Assembly: GCA_964016885.1 (NCBI GenBank)
Contig: OZ024741.1
Coordinates: 152,334,001-152,398,000 of the forward strand
DNA length: 64,000 nt
Direction: 5' to 3'
Origin: Eledone cirrhosa
Lineage: Eukaryota
This document shows, one piece after another, positions 11,106-23,379 of this stretch. The position numbers and the translations under genes were made by a program. Under the pieces are notes generated by a model, which saw only the letters and a program-made list of their open reading frames with translations, was not told the origin of the DNA and searched no databases. Numbering within the stretch: the stretch's first letter is position 1; each line of letters begins with the position of its first letter.

Positions 11106-11749
11106 TGTGTGTGTGCATGTGCGTTAGTTAATTACAGGTGTAGCCTTGTTAGGTTCTAAGCAGGTAGACATGTAACTAGACAGTTGTCTCTTAATTTCAT
11201 GCCATTCAGCAATACATCACTAACACCTCTGCTCTTCACCACACAACCAACCTTCTCAATGTAGCTGTGTGTGTGATTGTGTGTGTGTGCATTTGTGCAT
11301 GTGTGTGCAACAATCCTCAGCATTGTGGATACAAATGTCAAATACACTAAGAGTGTAACATACCAATGTAGGTACCTGTTGGTATTTAGGGTGTTGGGGG
11401 GGGGGGCACGCAATCTGGGTATATGATTGGTATTTAGGGTGTTGGGGAGTCACAATCTGGGTATATGGTAGGTAGATAGTGTGTTGGGGCTCACTATGTG
11501 GTTATTTGGCTGGTAGTAAGGGTGTTGGGAGAAGGAAGTTACAATCTGGATATATGGCAGGTAGTTAGGGTGTTGGGGTAGGAGGCTCACAATCATAACA
11601 CTATGGATTCAATACTTTTATAGGTGGCATGTTATGTCCTTGAGCAAGGCACTTCATTTTACATTGCTTCAGTTCACTTGGCTAAAACAGAGTACCAGCA
11701 GCAGGGGTGGTGGGTGGGGTGGGGAAGGTAACCTCATGATGTTTAGTGA

Positions 11750-12140
11750 TTTCATGTTAAGACACAGATGTAGAATGTAAGAGAGAAGATTACATTGGTG
11801 TGGACAGAGGATGTATATAGATGATCATCTTTGGGTGAAGAAGTACCAAGAGTGCACAGTGGAAGAGTGAGGTCAAAGAAGACATTAGTAGGGGTGGTGT
11901 GAGCTGATCTCATGATGCTAAATCTCACAGAGAACATGAACGATAGAGATAAGTGGAAGGAAGATGTGGTAGAGGAAGACCATGGAAGATTTTAGCAGAA
12001 GTAGTGAGAGCTGATCTCAGGATGCTGAACTTCACAGAGGAGATGAGGAAGAAACACAATAGGTAGAAGAAGGCTATACTGGAGAAAACGGGCTCAACAG
12101 CTAGAAGCATGGAGAAAAGAAAAATGGATATAAAAAGGAT
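11750..12140 (+). mobile_element. Two adjacent decayed RTE 3'-end fragments
   Basis: Two copies of the GRxRKTW..VVRADL..LNL signature, then a degenerate tail. Confidence 0.6.
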
Positions 12141-12377
12141 GACAATGGGTTATAGAACAAGACTTCTTGTGACTCCTGACAGAAATGTTCTGTAAATACT
12201 ATTTTCATTCTAGTCACACAAATTTGATCTAGTCATACAAACAACAAATCCAAATTCCACAATGCCTTTGTTGTTTTCGTAATTCCAGATAATAAAATCA
12301 GATTCTCAAAATATTTGTTGTTTGGATGGTTCGAGAAATAATGTAAACATTTTATAGAAAAGCTGAAGGTTTTGAAG

Positions 12378-12485
12378 GGGTGGCTTAGTGGCTAGAGAAT
12401 TGGATTCGCATTCGTGATGTTGCAAGTTTGATCAGGCTATGCATTATGTCCTTCATCAAGACACTTTATTTCACATTGTTCTTTC
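12378..12485 (+). mobile_element. tRNA/CORE-type SINE fragment (others at about 11610-11700 and 42416-42500)
   Basis: tggcttagtgg A box and tgtccttcatcaagacactttatttcacatt, matching the SINE at 6100-6438. Confidence 0.6.
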
Positions 12486-12695
12486 TGCCAGGAGTTGCAA
12501 CCAATAGATAGTATCAGCAATGGAAAGATCAATAGAAACATTGTTCTCTTTGTCCGATTTGAGTAGGTCCACTCCACTTGGTAAGTGAATGAGGTCTGGG
12601 ATCTTGTTAATTGACTTCCTTCGTCCTTCCTTTGAGGGGGTGAAAGGTTAAGTTGGCTGCTGGTTTGATTAATGGGAATAATTGATATGGATCAG

Positions 12696-12915
12696 GCTGG
12701 TGGATTGGCAGAATCTGTAGAGCATCGGATAAAATGTCATTGCAGTATTTGTTCTGGCTCTTTACATTCTAAGTTCAAATTCCACCAAGGTCACTTTGCC
12801 TTTCATCCTTTCGGGATTGATAAAATAAAGTACCAGACAAGTGCTGGGGTTCATTTAATCAACTTTGCTCTTTCTCCCAAATTTTCTGGCCTTGTACCTA
12901 AATTAGAAATCAATA
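12696..12915 (+). mobile_element. tRNA-derived SINE with Meta-like central domain
   Basis: Head ggtggattggcagaatctgtagagc, B box gttcaaattcc, core ctttgcctttcatcctttcggg.ttgataaaataaagtacc, tail ggccttgtacctaaattagaaa. Confidence 0.8.
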
Positions 12916-13369
12916 TTTGATATAGATCTGAAAGTTTAGAAGGGTGAAAGGTCAAGTTGACAGCAGGCTGGATTTGAACTCAATGAATGATAATTGAAAC
13001 TGAATATTGTTAGCTATAACAAGGTCACAAGTTTAATAGGGGAGGGGTATAGTCAATTGGATTGGTTATAGTACATAGCAGCTAATAGTTTTAACTACTA
13101 CTACTCTTTTAAATTCAAAATCTAAAGTCTGCTAAAATGCAATAACATTTACAGCAACACCATCATCATCATTGACATCATGATCATTGTTGTTACTATC
13201 ATGAAAATATAGCTGCTGTTTGTAAAAGTTCTATTTATAAGTTCACTCTTGACAAATTACTACAATTTAGTGAACCGTTAACAATGTTAATTAGTTAATG
13301 AAGTTGGGAAATTTAGAAAAGAATATCCTAAAACATGCAAACTTAGTGCTGATATCTGAACTTCATTAG

Positions 13370-14275
13370 GATTAGTAGTATCGGTAGAAGGTCAGATGCC
13401 ATGCTTTGCAACAGAGTTACGCCCATTAACAGTCTGAGTTCAAATCCCGCCGAGGTTAACTTTGCCTTTAAAGCACCAATAATGCACTGGGATAATTGCT
13501 AGCCTTGTGCTAAAATTAGAAACAATTATTATTGTATTGTCCCCTATATGTCGGCCCTTGTGGCCAATAAATGAAACATTATTATTCACAAAATGCGGTA
13601 GAGTGTCAGTATCGGTTAAGTGTGGGATAGCATACTTTGTGGTGTATAGTTACAGCCCTTTACATTCTGAATTCAAATATTGCTGTAGTTAGCTTTGCCT
13701 ATCATCCTTACAGGGCTAATAAAATGAAGTACCAGTAATGCACTGAGGTCGATTTAATCGACTTTTCCCTCCTTCAAAGTGTTGTCCTTAATCAGAAACC
13801 ATTATTATTATTAATTATGAAGGGCATGGATTGTCAGTATCAGTAGAGCATTGGACAACATGCTTTGCGGCATATCGATATGGCCCTTTACATTCTGAGT
13901 TCAAATACCGTCGAGGTTAGCTTTGCCTTTCATCCTTATGTGGTCGATAAAATAAAGTACAAGTAATGCACTGGGATCGATATGGTCAACTTTTCCTTCA
14001 ATTGTGCCAAAAGTAGAATCAATAAATTATGAATTCAAATCCCACTGGGATTAACTTTGCTTTTCATCCTTCCAGTACCAGTTAAGTACAACAGGTCAAT
14101 ACAATCGACTTTCCCCTCCTCACAAAATTGCTGACCTTGTACCTAAATTAGAACATCAGAGCTCATACCTTGCCAAGGTAACTTTACTGTTCCTCCTTCT
14201 GGCAGTCAATACGATCGATTACCTTGCCCTGCAAAATTGCTGGCCTTGTGCTAAATGTAGAAACAATTATTGTTG
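13370..14275 (+). mobile_element. Head-to-tail cluster of about 5 Meta-like SINE copies or fragments
   Basis: Repeated gttcaaat...ttaactttgcctttcatcc...aagtacc and ggccttgtgc.aaa.tagaaacaattatt modules, all in the same orientation. Confidence 0.8.
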
Positions 14276-14513
14276 TTGTTACATTGGTCGATTGAGAGAA
14301 TTCAACAAATGCTTATTTACATAATATTTACACACACTCACACATACATTTATTATATATATATATTTGTTAGTCAAAGGGCTAGGAGGACTCAGTTATA
14401 TCAAGCCTCCCTAGTGTTTGGTGACCTACATGATAAATGCACCCAGTACACAGAAGCGTATAGCTAAATAGCAAATTGAAATAGAAATGTAAGACCTGAA
14501 AAAGAAGAGGTAC

Positions 14514-14544
<31 letters not shown>

Positions 14545-14739
14545 CAATAGTCATTGAGGAGGTCATTTATGTGACTAAAGAGCTTTGACGGAATAATAAA
14601 GATATATGTGAAAGCTATATGGGGCATGTGTTCAAATGGCAAAAATGACCATCCCCAAATATAATATTGGTTTCAACATACGATTTCAAATCAAGATTCT
14701 TGCTGAACAAATACAAACGCACGTGTGTGTATCCCCATT

Positions 14740-14900
14740 ATCATCATCATTTAACGTCTATCTTCCACGCTAGCATGGGTTAGATGGGAATTGTCCCATT
14801 TGAGGTAAGATTGGTCAGGTGCGTGTCTTGCTCGTATAGGACTATCTGGTAGGTTTTCTATGGTTGGATGCCCTTCCTAACACCAACCACATTTACAGTG
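14740..14900 (-). mobile_element. RTE-A 3' UTR terminal fragment
   Basis: Matches 5693-5860 and 23380-23530. Confidence 0.8.
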
Positions 14901-14917
14901 TGTGTGTATATATATAT

Positions 14918-15720
14918 CGAGGGCAGGTAAAATTCCCGAGATCAATGGACGAGTTCTCTCCAACGGTCTCTGTCCCTCATTATCGCTGCCACGTCCTGCG
15001 TCTCCAACAGACCAGTGTCTGTCCTTAGGGCATCAACATATGTTAACCTTGGTCTTCCTCTTTCAGTGTGTCCATGTAGGGGCTCCCACAGGGCAACTGA
15101 GTGCAATGCCAACTCTGGATGTCGGTGAGCATGTCCAGCTAATTTCAGTCTCCTCCGTGCCACTTTTGAGCTGACTTTTGGGAGGCTCCCATACAGCTCT
15201 GAGTTTTTCATCCTCAGTGTATACTGATTAATGTTCAGAGCCATCCTCAGCATTCTCGTGTAGCACCCATCCACCATAAGTTTACTTGAAAACTCTGGTA
15301 CAAACACTACACTTGTGACAATTATTGACACATAGTGCCGGGCCCATGGTACCATGTGACGACAAGTGCAGAGAGATCTCCAGATATAAAGCAATGCCTG
15401 TGCTGTGAAGCTTTTATAGTGAGCAAAGGCACTGCACAAAGCCAGTCCCACTCTCTTAACCAAGATGATATTTACCAAAAGGATTGCAGGTGTTATATCA
15501 GAGTTTTCCTTCTCCTAGAATTCTGCCTTGACAAAGGCTAAGGGGTCATCTCTCCCGGTGATTTTGGATGGCCATTGACTCTTAAGAGCTCCTTTGCCCT
15601 TTGACAGGTTTTGTTATTAGTCCTGCAGGATGTCCAAAGTCACCCTCCTCACAAAGAAACCTTGGTGGGGTTGCCAGTTTAGTTGCCAACGACCCGACCA
15701 TGAGACAGATTGTACTGGGA
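14918..15720 (-). mobile_element. Chimeric short element: RTE-type leader (as 4311-4780) fused to the last about 360 bp of RTE-B
   Basis: 14918-15278 is the reverse complement of 9556-9913 (MVDGCYTRMLRMAL...DRWRELVH). 15284-15720 matches 4311-4780. The minus-strand junction is gttttcaagt-aaactt-atggtggatggg. TA repeats flank both ends. Confidence 0.85.
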
Positions 15721-15849
15721 ATATATATATATATATATATATACACACGTACATACATACATATATACACACATGCATATAAACATACATACACACACAT
15801 ATATACAAACAATACTCACCCACACGGTTTACATACATGCACTTTCTTA

Positions 15850-16866
15850 TCCTTATCCATCGCCTATAGGCTAGACAGCAAGCACAACTTCACACCAACA
15901 ATCTGTTTCCCCATCAAGGTTTGTAGGTCATCTTTGTCAATTGCAGTGTCTTTTGCTATGATATTCTGGTATCTGAGCTTTCTCACAACAAAATGTCTGA
16001 AACCATTTCATCTTTTGCATGGAAGAGTGACTAGCAAGATTTGTACAACATTCAATTAGTTGTGCACTTACTTTGGGGATTTTTACTAATATCTGATTAA
16101 GCATGGGATGGGTCTGCCAAGGAATATTTTGAGCCTTTTCTCAGAAGAGTAGCGTAATATCCATCTAAACGGCTCTGAAGAGTCTCAGAACCATAGAATG
16201 ATAGTCTCTTTTGTAGTCCTAAACAGGCACATTTTATGTTTGTTTGGTATAATGGATTTCCAAATTTTATCCAGCTTATGTCAGGGCTCTACATACTTGG
16301 AAGTCCTTTTCTGAGTTCATTATGAAGGTACCAAGGCATTTAAAGTCTTCTTAATTTAAGGGTTTCCGGTTTACTGTGACTATGCTAACATCAGATTTTA
16401 TTGAGATTACTGCAATGACTCGACAATTGAGTATGAGTCCAACATGAGCAGCAGCTGGTTCTATCATATGAAGGAGCAATTAGGTATTTGCTACTGAGTT
16501 TGAGGAAAGAGCCAAATCATCAGCAAAGTCTAAATCAGTGACAAATTCAGCAGGATATCTTCTGCTTCTTCTGGGCTTAAGCATTAACCCTTTCATCTTA
16601 TTACCATTCAATGAAATATGTAGGATGTAGTCCAGAACAATTATAAAAAGAAAACAGACTAGAGTATCCCCTTGAAGAACATTATATCAAAATATGTTTC
16701 TCCATCTGGAGTTATAACTCATGATCTCTTGCTGGTGTATAATGCTCTTGTTGCTTTAACTATCTTCACTGGAATGCCATAAAGCAGCAGTATGCAAAAC
16801 ATTACCTCTTGGATGATTGAAACGAATGCTTTCATAAAATCAACAAAATTTATGTAAAAGTCTTTA
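15850..16866 (-). mobile_element. Decayed RTE LINE (family RTE-C), 3' half of RT
   Basis: Hand translation of the minus strand gives KDFYINFVDFMKAF, VLQGDTLVCFLFIIVLDY, RRSRRYPAEFVTDLDFADDLAL and KDEMVSDILL, with many stops and frameshifts. Confidence 0.85.
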
Positions 16867-16872
16867 CAGCAT

Positions 16873-17923
16873 TAAAAATTGCTGTGCCTACTCTTCTTTC
16901 AATAGTGCACTATCAGATCATCGAACAGTGTCTGCAATAATATAACTCAGCTTTCTTACACCGAAACACCAACCAGGAAATCCTGTCAAACAACTATGCC
17001 GTTTCAATTTTTAATTGCTTCTGATACCTATGCCCCAAAGATGCAAATGCAATTGTCAAATACAATCTCACCAAAGAGAGTGTGAAGGATAGTGCTCTTA
17101 ACTCATTGCCCCACAAAACGAAAAACAACAAAAAGTATGTGGTTTCAATCAATGATATAAGATCAGAAAAGCAAAGGATGAACCTGCCAAAACAAACAAT
17201 GAATATATTTTGTCTCCGACAAAGCAAAAGTCCAAAGAGTTTGAAACAATCTTCATTCAGCATATGACACTGCCACTGTTGAGCTACTTCAAAAAAAAAA
17301 TCAACAATGTCTTTATTCAACCAGAGCTGGTCAACATGTAGTGGCTTGGAGATATTTATTCATGAGTTAAGTGGTAGAATGAAATCTGTCACTTTTCAAG
17401 GTGGCTCAGCCTCAAAACATAAATCTGGATGATTGGGGCACTTAAAAAAACTTCTTAGAGAACCTCCCAAGGTAACACCAAATCTTCCCATGATTCAGGT
17501 TTCTGATCCACTCAATATTCCTATGACCCTATTAACAATTGAATAACTGCAGGCTGTATTTGAGCATCTACCTAAAAATAAGGCCATTGGTCCCGACAAT
17601 ATACCAGTGATTATTTGGAGGAATTTCCACTTTGAACTCTACAACCTTGTATTCGACACACAAAATGCTCCTCCACTTTGGCTCACCTCAGATATAATTC
17701 CACTTCCAAAGAAGGGAAATCTTGCACTATTTAAAAAATCATCGAGGCATCTCACTCACAGCTATTGCCACTAAGACTTGATTCTCAACAGGATATATTT
17801 CCTGAATAGCATTTTGATGAGAAATCAAAACAGATTTCGTAGAGGATGTTCAACAACAATACAGATCCTGTCCTTGGGGAGAATCATTGAAGAAATGAGC
17901 CATGACAATAAAGATTTTTGCAT
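16873..17923 (+). mobile_element. Inverted 5' part of the same RTE-C copy (APE C-terminus to early RT)
   Basis: Plus strand gives KNCCAYSSFNSALSDHRTV, IIPLPKKGNL, HRGISLTAIA and RNQNRFRRGCSTTIQILSLGRIIEEM..KDFCI. Confidence 0.85.
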
Positions 17924-17939
17924 ACAAGCATACACATAT

Positions 17940-18200
17940 CATCACCATTTAATGTCCATTTTTCACGCTAGGATGAGTTAGATAAGTTGTCCAGACATGA
18001 GCCAAGTCAGAGCAGATGAACATGTCCTGCTCACATTGGACTAATTTTGGCTTGGTTTCTACGACTGGATGCCCTTCCTAACGCAAACCATATTTACAAT
18101 TTGTACTGGGTGCCTTTTATCCAAAATGACCACTTAACAGTGTGGACTGGGTGTTTTTTGTGGCGACACCTACACAACTACCTTACAATGTGGACTGCCT
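17940..18200 (-). mobile_element. RTE-tail/SINE fragment
   Basis: ctggatgcccttcctaac motif, subrepeats and a decayed terminal stem. Similar fragments at about 33510-33670 (+), 43380-43540 (-) and 56530-56620 (-). Confidence 0.65.
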
Positions 18201-18534
18201 CAAATTACACTCTTAAAAAGGGGAAGCGCACGTTGAATAATATGGTCTTGGATGACTGAATCCACTGAATCAAACCTAGAATATTACTGGTATTGAACCA
18301 ATTCAGGCAAAATAAAATACAAGGTCAATCCAAACAGGATTTGACCTTTTCATACCAACCCACCTGAAACTGTCCCTTGTTCAGTAATACAAATCTATCC
18401 ATTTTGAAGGTTCAGACTTATATCAAACCTTCAATAATTTTATGTAAGAAAATTTTGTCAAGTAATGCTGCAAAAATCAACTTACTAATAACATTTTTTA
18501 CAAAATTCCTCAAAATTTTCAATATACATATACT

Positions 18535-18782
18535 CTCACACACACACAAATATATACACACACACACAAATATACACACACAAATATATACATACACACA
18601 CAAATATATACATACACACACAAATATATACATACACACACAAATATATACATACACACACAAATATATACATACACACACAAATATATACATACACACA
18701 CAAATATATACATACACACAAATATATACATACTCACACACAAATATATACATACTCACACACAAATATATACTTACACACA
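18535..18782. repeat. 22-bp minisatellite (cacacacacaaatatatacata)n
   Basis: Direct inspection. Confidence 0.95.
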
Positions 18783-19487
18783 TGCATTACACACAGCAAT
18801 TTCATATAAATTCAAAGCCCTAACATCTTACATTGAGTTAAAAAAGTGTTGGCTAAATCCATGTTTTCTTGTATTTTTGTTTATAATATATTATGTGGCT
18901 CTAATAGTTTTATTTTATAGTTTTAACTAAAAAATGGCTCTTCAGGTTGATAGGTTCAGGACCCAAGCCCTAAGCTTTAGCCAGTTTAGTTTATATCTAA
19001 ATCCAATACTGTATTGTAGGTTGTGCTGTTGTGGACTTATAGTAGAGCAACAGGTGTCTCTGTTAAGAGAATTTCATTGTAATTCCCCTCGCTACAGAAA
19101 GATGTCACACCCTAGAGAAGTAAATAGTGAAGATGGTCACACCTGAGAGCAGTTTAGTGTGATAAGGAATTTATTAAGGTATGTCATCAAAAGAGTTTAT
19201 CAAAGTACATATATTTATACACAGCCACCTACCTACACATCCACACATCTTCCTACACATATACACCCACATATACACTTACCTACCTTCCAGTATGTAG
19301 GTAAGTGGCTGTAATTACAAAACACACATAAACAACTGATCCAAATACATTCTACAAAAGATACATAAACATGAATTTACACCCACATCCCCACAACTGC
19401 AATTGTTTGTACAGTAATTCAAATTATATATATACATCATCATCCCCATCAGTTAATGTCCATTTTTCCAAACTAGCATGGGTTTCA

Positions 19488-19534
<47 letters not shown>

Positions 19535-19909
19535 ATCTCAACACAAATGCATGTTACCTAAGGTTTCAAACTTCAACCATAGACATTCTATGCCATCAAT
19601 CTTGACTTTTTGCCTTACAATAACTAAACTAGCAGACACAGAATATTTATGTCCTATGCTGGTTGAAGTTTGAAACCTTAGGTAGCATGCATTTGTGTAG
19701 CTCTGTACATTACATAAAGCACTTTTTCATTGATCTATTTCTTCAGAAACTCTTGGCATTGTCTGTCTGTCTGTGTGTCTATCTGTGTATATATCTATAT
19801 ATATCTATATATATCTATATATATCTATATATATCTATATATATCTATATCTATATATATCTATATATATATATATATAAAATCTACATATGCTCACACA
19901 TGTATATGT

Positions 19910-20110
19910 ATTCGAAAGGTAAACAAGGAAAAATAACACAGGCAAACAAGCCAGGACAAGAATGACAAATTAGTTTAGTGTTTGAAATAGTAGGAAAAGA
20001 CATTGTTTTGGACATTAGTCCTTCATTAGAAGATAGAATGTGGGATAGAAAAAAGAAGGATGACAAAAGTAAGAAAAAAAGAAACAAAGAAAAATGTTTA
20101 CAGGGAAAAA
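19910..20110 (-). mobile_element. Decayed Penelope-like terminal repeat (homologous to 53650-53850) with a degenerate hammerhead at 20005-20034
   Basis: Minus strand tcttctaatgaagggactaatgtccaaaac...cttttccta..tttcaaacactaaactaat, compared with tcttctgatgaaggattagtgttcaaaac...cttttcctatttcaagtattaaactaat at 53737. Confidence 0.55.
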
Positions 20111-21031
20111 AAAAGCACATGTTATTTAGCAATCCATTTTAGATGAGTGTGGGTCAGAATGTGACTTAGATACGGAAGAGTTTTAATAAAGGAGATAATC
20201 ATTGTAAATTTTGAGTTTTGTGTGTGTATGTGCGTGCATATATTTGCACAAAGATCTGATGTGCATTAGATGGTAACATGCTAGTATGGCTGCTGGAAAT
20301 GTTAGAGTGAGCTGATGAAAGCTGGAAGTGACAGAGGGTGAGTTGGCATACATGTCTATGTGTCATTCACGAGCACGGTGTGCACAGTTAACCCTGTATT
20401 TATACTTGTGTGCACAGAGGTAATGGCAAACCTTAGGTGGTACAGAGAATGTAGTATGGCTATAGGAGATGCCACATGGCATCATATTCAATGCTATGAG
20501 TATGAAGTGTAAACCGTTAGTGAGAAGGTAGCGCTGTTTCAGAGAGAGGTAGGCTCAAAAGTAGGGTAACAACAGTGTGGGGTGTGCATGAGGAAGAGAG
20601 TAATTGTGGGCGCAATGGGGCTGTGGTGGTTAATTGTGGCATATGTGAGGTCAGTGGTAGTGACAGAAGTTGGGGAGGGACTAATGGGAGAAGGTGATGT
20701 ATGTGAAAGGAAAGTAGGGATAGGGTTAGAAGTGAGGTGGCTACGTGTGAGACGGAGAGGGGGGGGGGTGTTTCTTGGCAGAGACAGTTGAGGTGGAGGA
20801 TGAAATGGACCACAATTTGGGTGAGGAGGAATGGAAAGTGGAGGAAAAAAGTTAGGCAGGCTTTGGGGAGATCAGTCGAGTAAGGATGGATTCAATGGCA
20901 TTGGCAGAGTAGGAGATAGGGTGGAAGTGGATATCTCAAGAAAAGAGGTGGTGGAGAGATACTGTGTTGAGAAGGAACTGTCCAGCCCATGCAAACATGA
21001 AAAAGCAGACATAAAATGATTATATATAGAG

Positions 21032-21088
<57 letters not shown>

Positions 21089-22079
21089 TACATACACATA
21101 CATACACAAACAAACAAATACACAAATATATTAATTGGCATACAGACCACCCACACTTGATATGTCTGTATATCCAGTTGTTTGTTTCTGGACAATAGAT
21201 TAAGAACATATAATTCTTTTTACAATATAAATAAAAGCAGATATATGTAGCCATAGATACACACACACAATGTTATATATCGATATATATATATATATAT
21301 ATATATCTGTATGTACATTATACACCCACAATCATCATCATTTAATGTCCATTTCCCTGCTAGCATACACACACACAAGTGTGTGCATCTGTTCCTGTCT
21401 GTCTGTGTCTATTGTTTAGTTTAAAAGGGATAAACAACCACCAATACACTTAACTCACTATCCTTGCTCTTAATGCACATATCTCCCCCTAACACAAAAT
21501 GTTTATATGGGTGAACTGAACCTGGAAATTTGGACATTTGCTGGATCTGTGAACATGAACGAAATTGGAGGTGGAAAGTTGGTGGGGTGCAGGATCAACA
21601 GTGTGACAGCTTACTGGGTGAATGTGAAGTGATCTTGCACCTTGTCTCCTGTACCAACTCTAGCAAAGATCACAATTCTCACTTTACAGATGTGCCCAGT
21701 CCACTTAGTTGTAAGCAGGCACCATAGAGTTAAAGTCTTAGATACTTAGTAAATGAAATAAGAAAATTTACAGCCCACACACACGTAGAATTATCTGGCC
21801 TCCTATGAGGTTGTCTCTCATAGGAGGTGTCAAGCATTTTAATTATAAGATATACCTGTCTTATCAAGTTGTTACAGCTCTAAGTAGGTTTATTTGGCCT
21901 CCGACAAGGTTGCATCTCATAACTGTTTTGGGTGTTTTAATGATAGAGAGCCTCACTCCTAACATGTTAGACCTCACACCTATGTAGGCTTAGTTGGGCC
22001 TCCTATGAGGTTTCATGAAGCATCTTGCTCAAGGAAATAATATATATATATGCCTATATTAAGAACAGGAAAAGATGAC

Positions 22080-22405
22080 TGTGCTCCAGTTTGTTCATTT
22101 ATATTAAGGATTTTTCATATTTCCTTATTAGTCCTTTACACTTTGTTTGGCACAATAGCATTCCGAAATCCATGTGTGTATTAATGTTTTGAGACTTTCA
22201 CAGCCTCATCTTCAGAATAAGAAAGGTCATACTAACAGTGTGCTGCTTATGAGCTAAACTGGTTGTAAAGGATCATGGAAGTGGATCATGCTTTGAAACA
22301 TGAATAGACTCAGGGATGTAGGAATGCTATTATTCCAAACAAAGCAAAAGGAGCTAACAATAAAATATGAAATATCTTTAATAAAAATGATCAAACTGGA
22401 GTACA
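22080..22405. repeat. Imperfect inverted repeat (about 110-bp arms) containing a decayed hammerhead, probably inverted Penelope-like termini
   Basis: tgtgctccagtttgttcattt (22080) pairs with aaatgatcaaactggagtaca (22405), and tagcattcc pairs with ggaatgcta. Minus strand 22179-22219 reads tatt-ctgaaga-t-gaggc-tgtgaaa-gtctc-aaaac-att-aata. Confidence 0.65.
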
Positions 22406-23379
22406 TGAAGCGAAGCGAAGTTAGCAAGTGTTGTTAGAGATGAAAAAACAACAAAATAAATGGTTTCGTTTAAATATAAAATTTACTTCACTTCAGTGAA
22501 TAAAGGAACGAAGAATAAGATTACTACAAGTCAAAAAAGTTGACAATGTTTTTGCTGTTATTTCATTATGCTGAAATAGTTTGTGACAAGAGATCATTCG
22601 TTAGTTGTGGCAGCAAGGTGGTAGTCAAAGCCCAGTGCCAAGAGAACATAAGACCCGGAGAGAGTGGAATAGTCTGTAGACCCCCAAGGGGTGTGTAGAA
22701 AGCAAATGTTTTACATTGTTACTCTATCAGGAACTGCTTCGAACTGCCTTTTGCTTGGTCTAAGACAGGCTATTTATATCTGGTCGCTTCCTTTGTCCCC
22801 ACCCTTGAGAATCACCGGGGTGACCTCGAGAGACAGCCCATGCATAAACTTGTTTATGCCAAAAAGGAGGTAACCCAGAATTTGACCGTTAAGTGTCACC
22901 TAGGGGACAAGGTGTGGACAGATTTTGCTACATACAGCCATAACTCATTGATTCATTTCTTCTATGGTTAACTACCCATATATGGGTTGCTTTTGATTGT
23001 AGCAATTTTCCTGTCCCATATCAGTATGTAGATATTTCTTTTTGTTTTATTTTGTGTTTTTTTTGTCCCACGTCCGTTGTGTTTTGATCCTGAATCCATG
23101 AATACTCCATGGATTCTATTATGCACTGGTTTGAATAGTCCAGTGTTATAAAACATCTGAAACTATAACGATCCCCAGAAGACAGCCGATAAGCGAGAAT
23201 TGTCCATGTACTTGTCTCTTCTGCGTTTTCTGTTTCCTATATTTCTCTCTCATATCTTTTAGAAGATATTATCAATGTAACCAAACAGCCTAATTTTAAA
23301 ATGAAACTTGTTTACTATTGCTGAGGCACTATTTCTCTCTCACATGTTCTTTTAATTATATATATATATATATATATAT

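Noticed and set aside
23170-23205. Additional hammerhead (cagaagacagccgataagcgagaattg)
   Set aside because: Both core motifs are altered and the stems are unconvincing.
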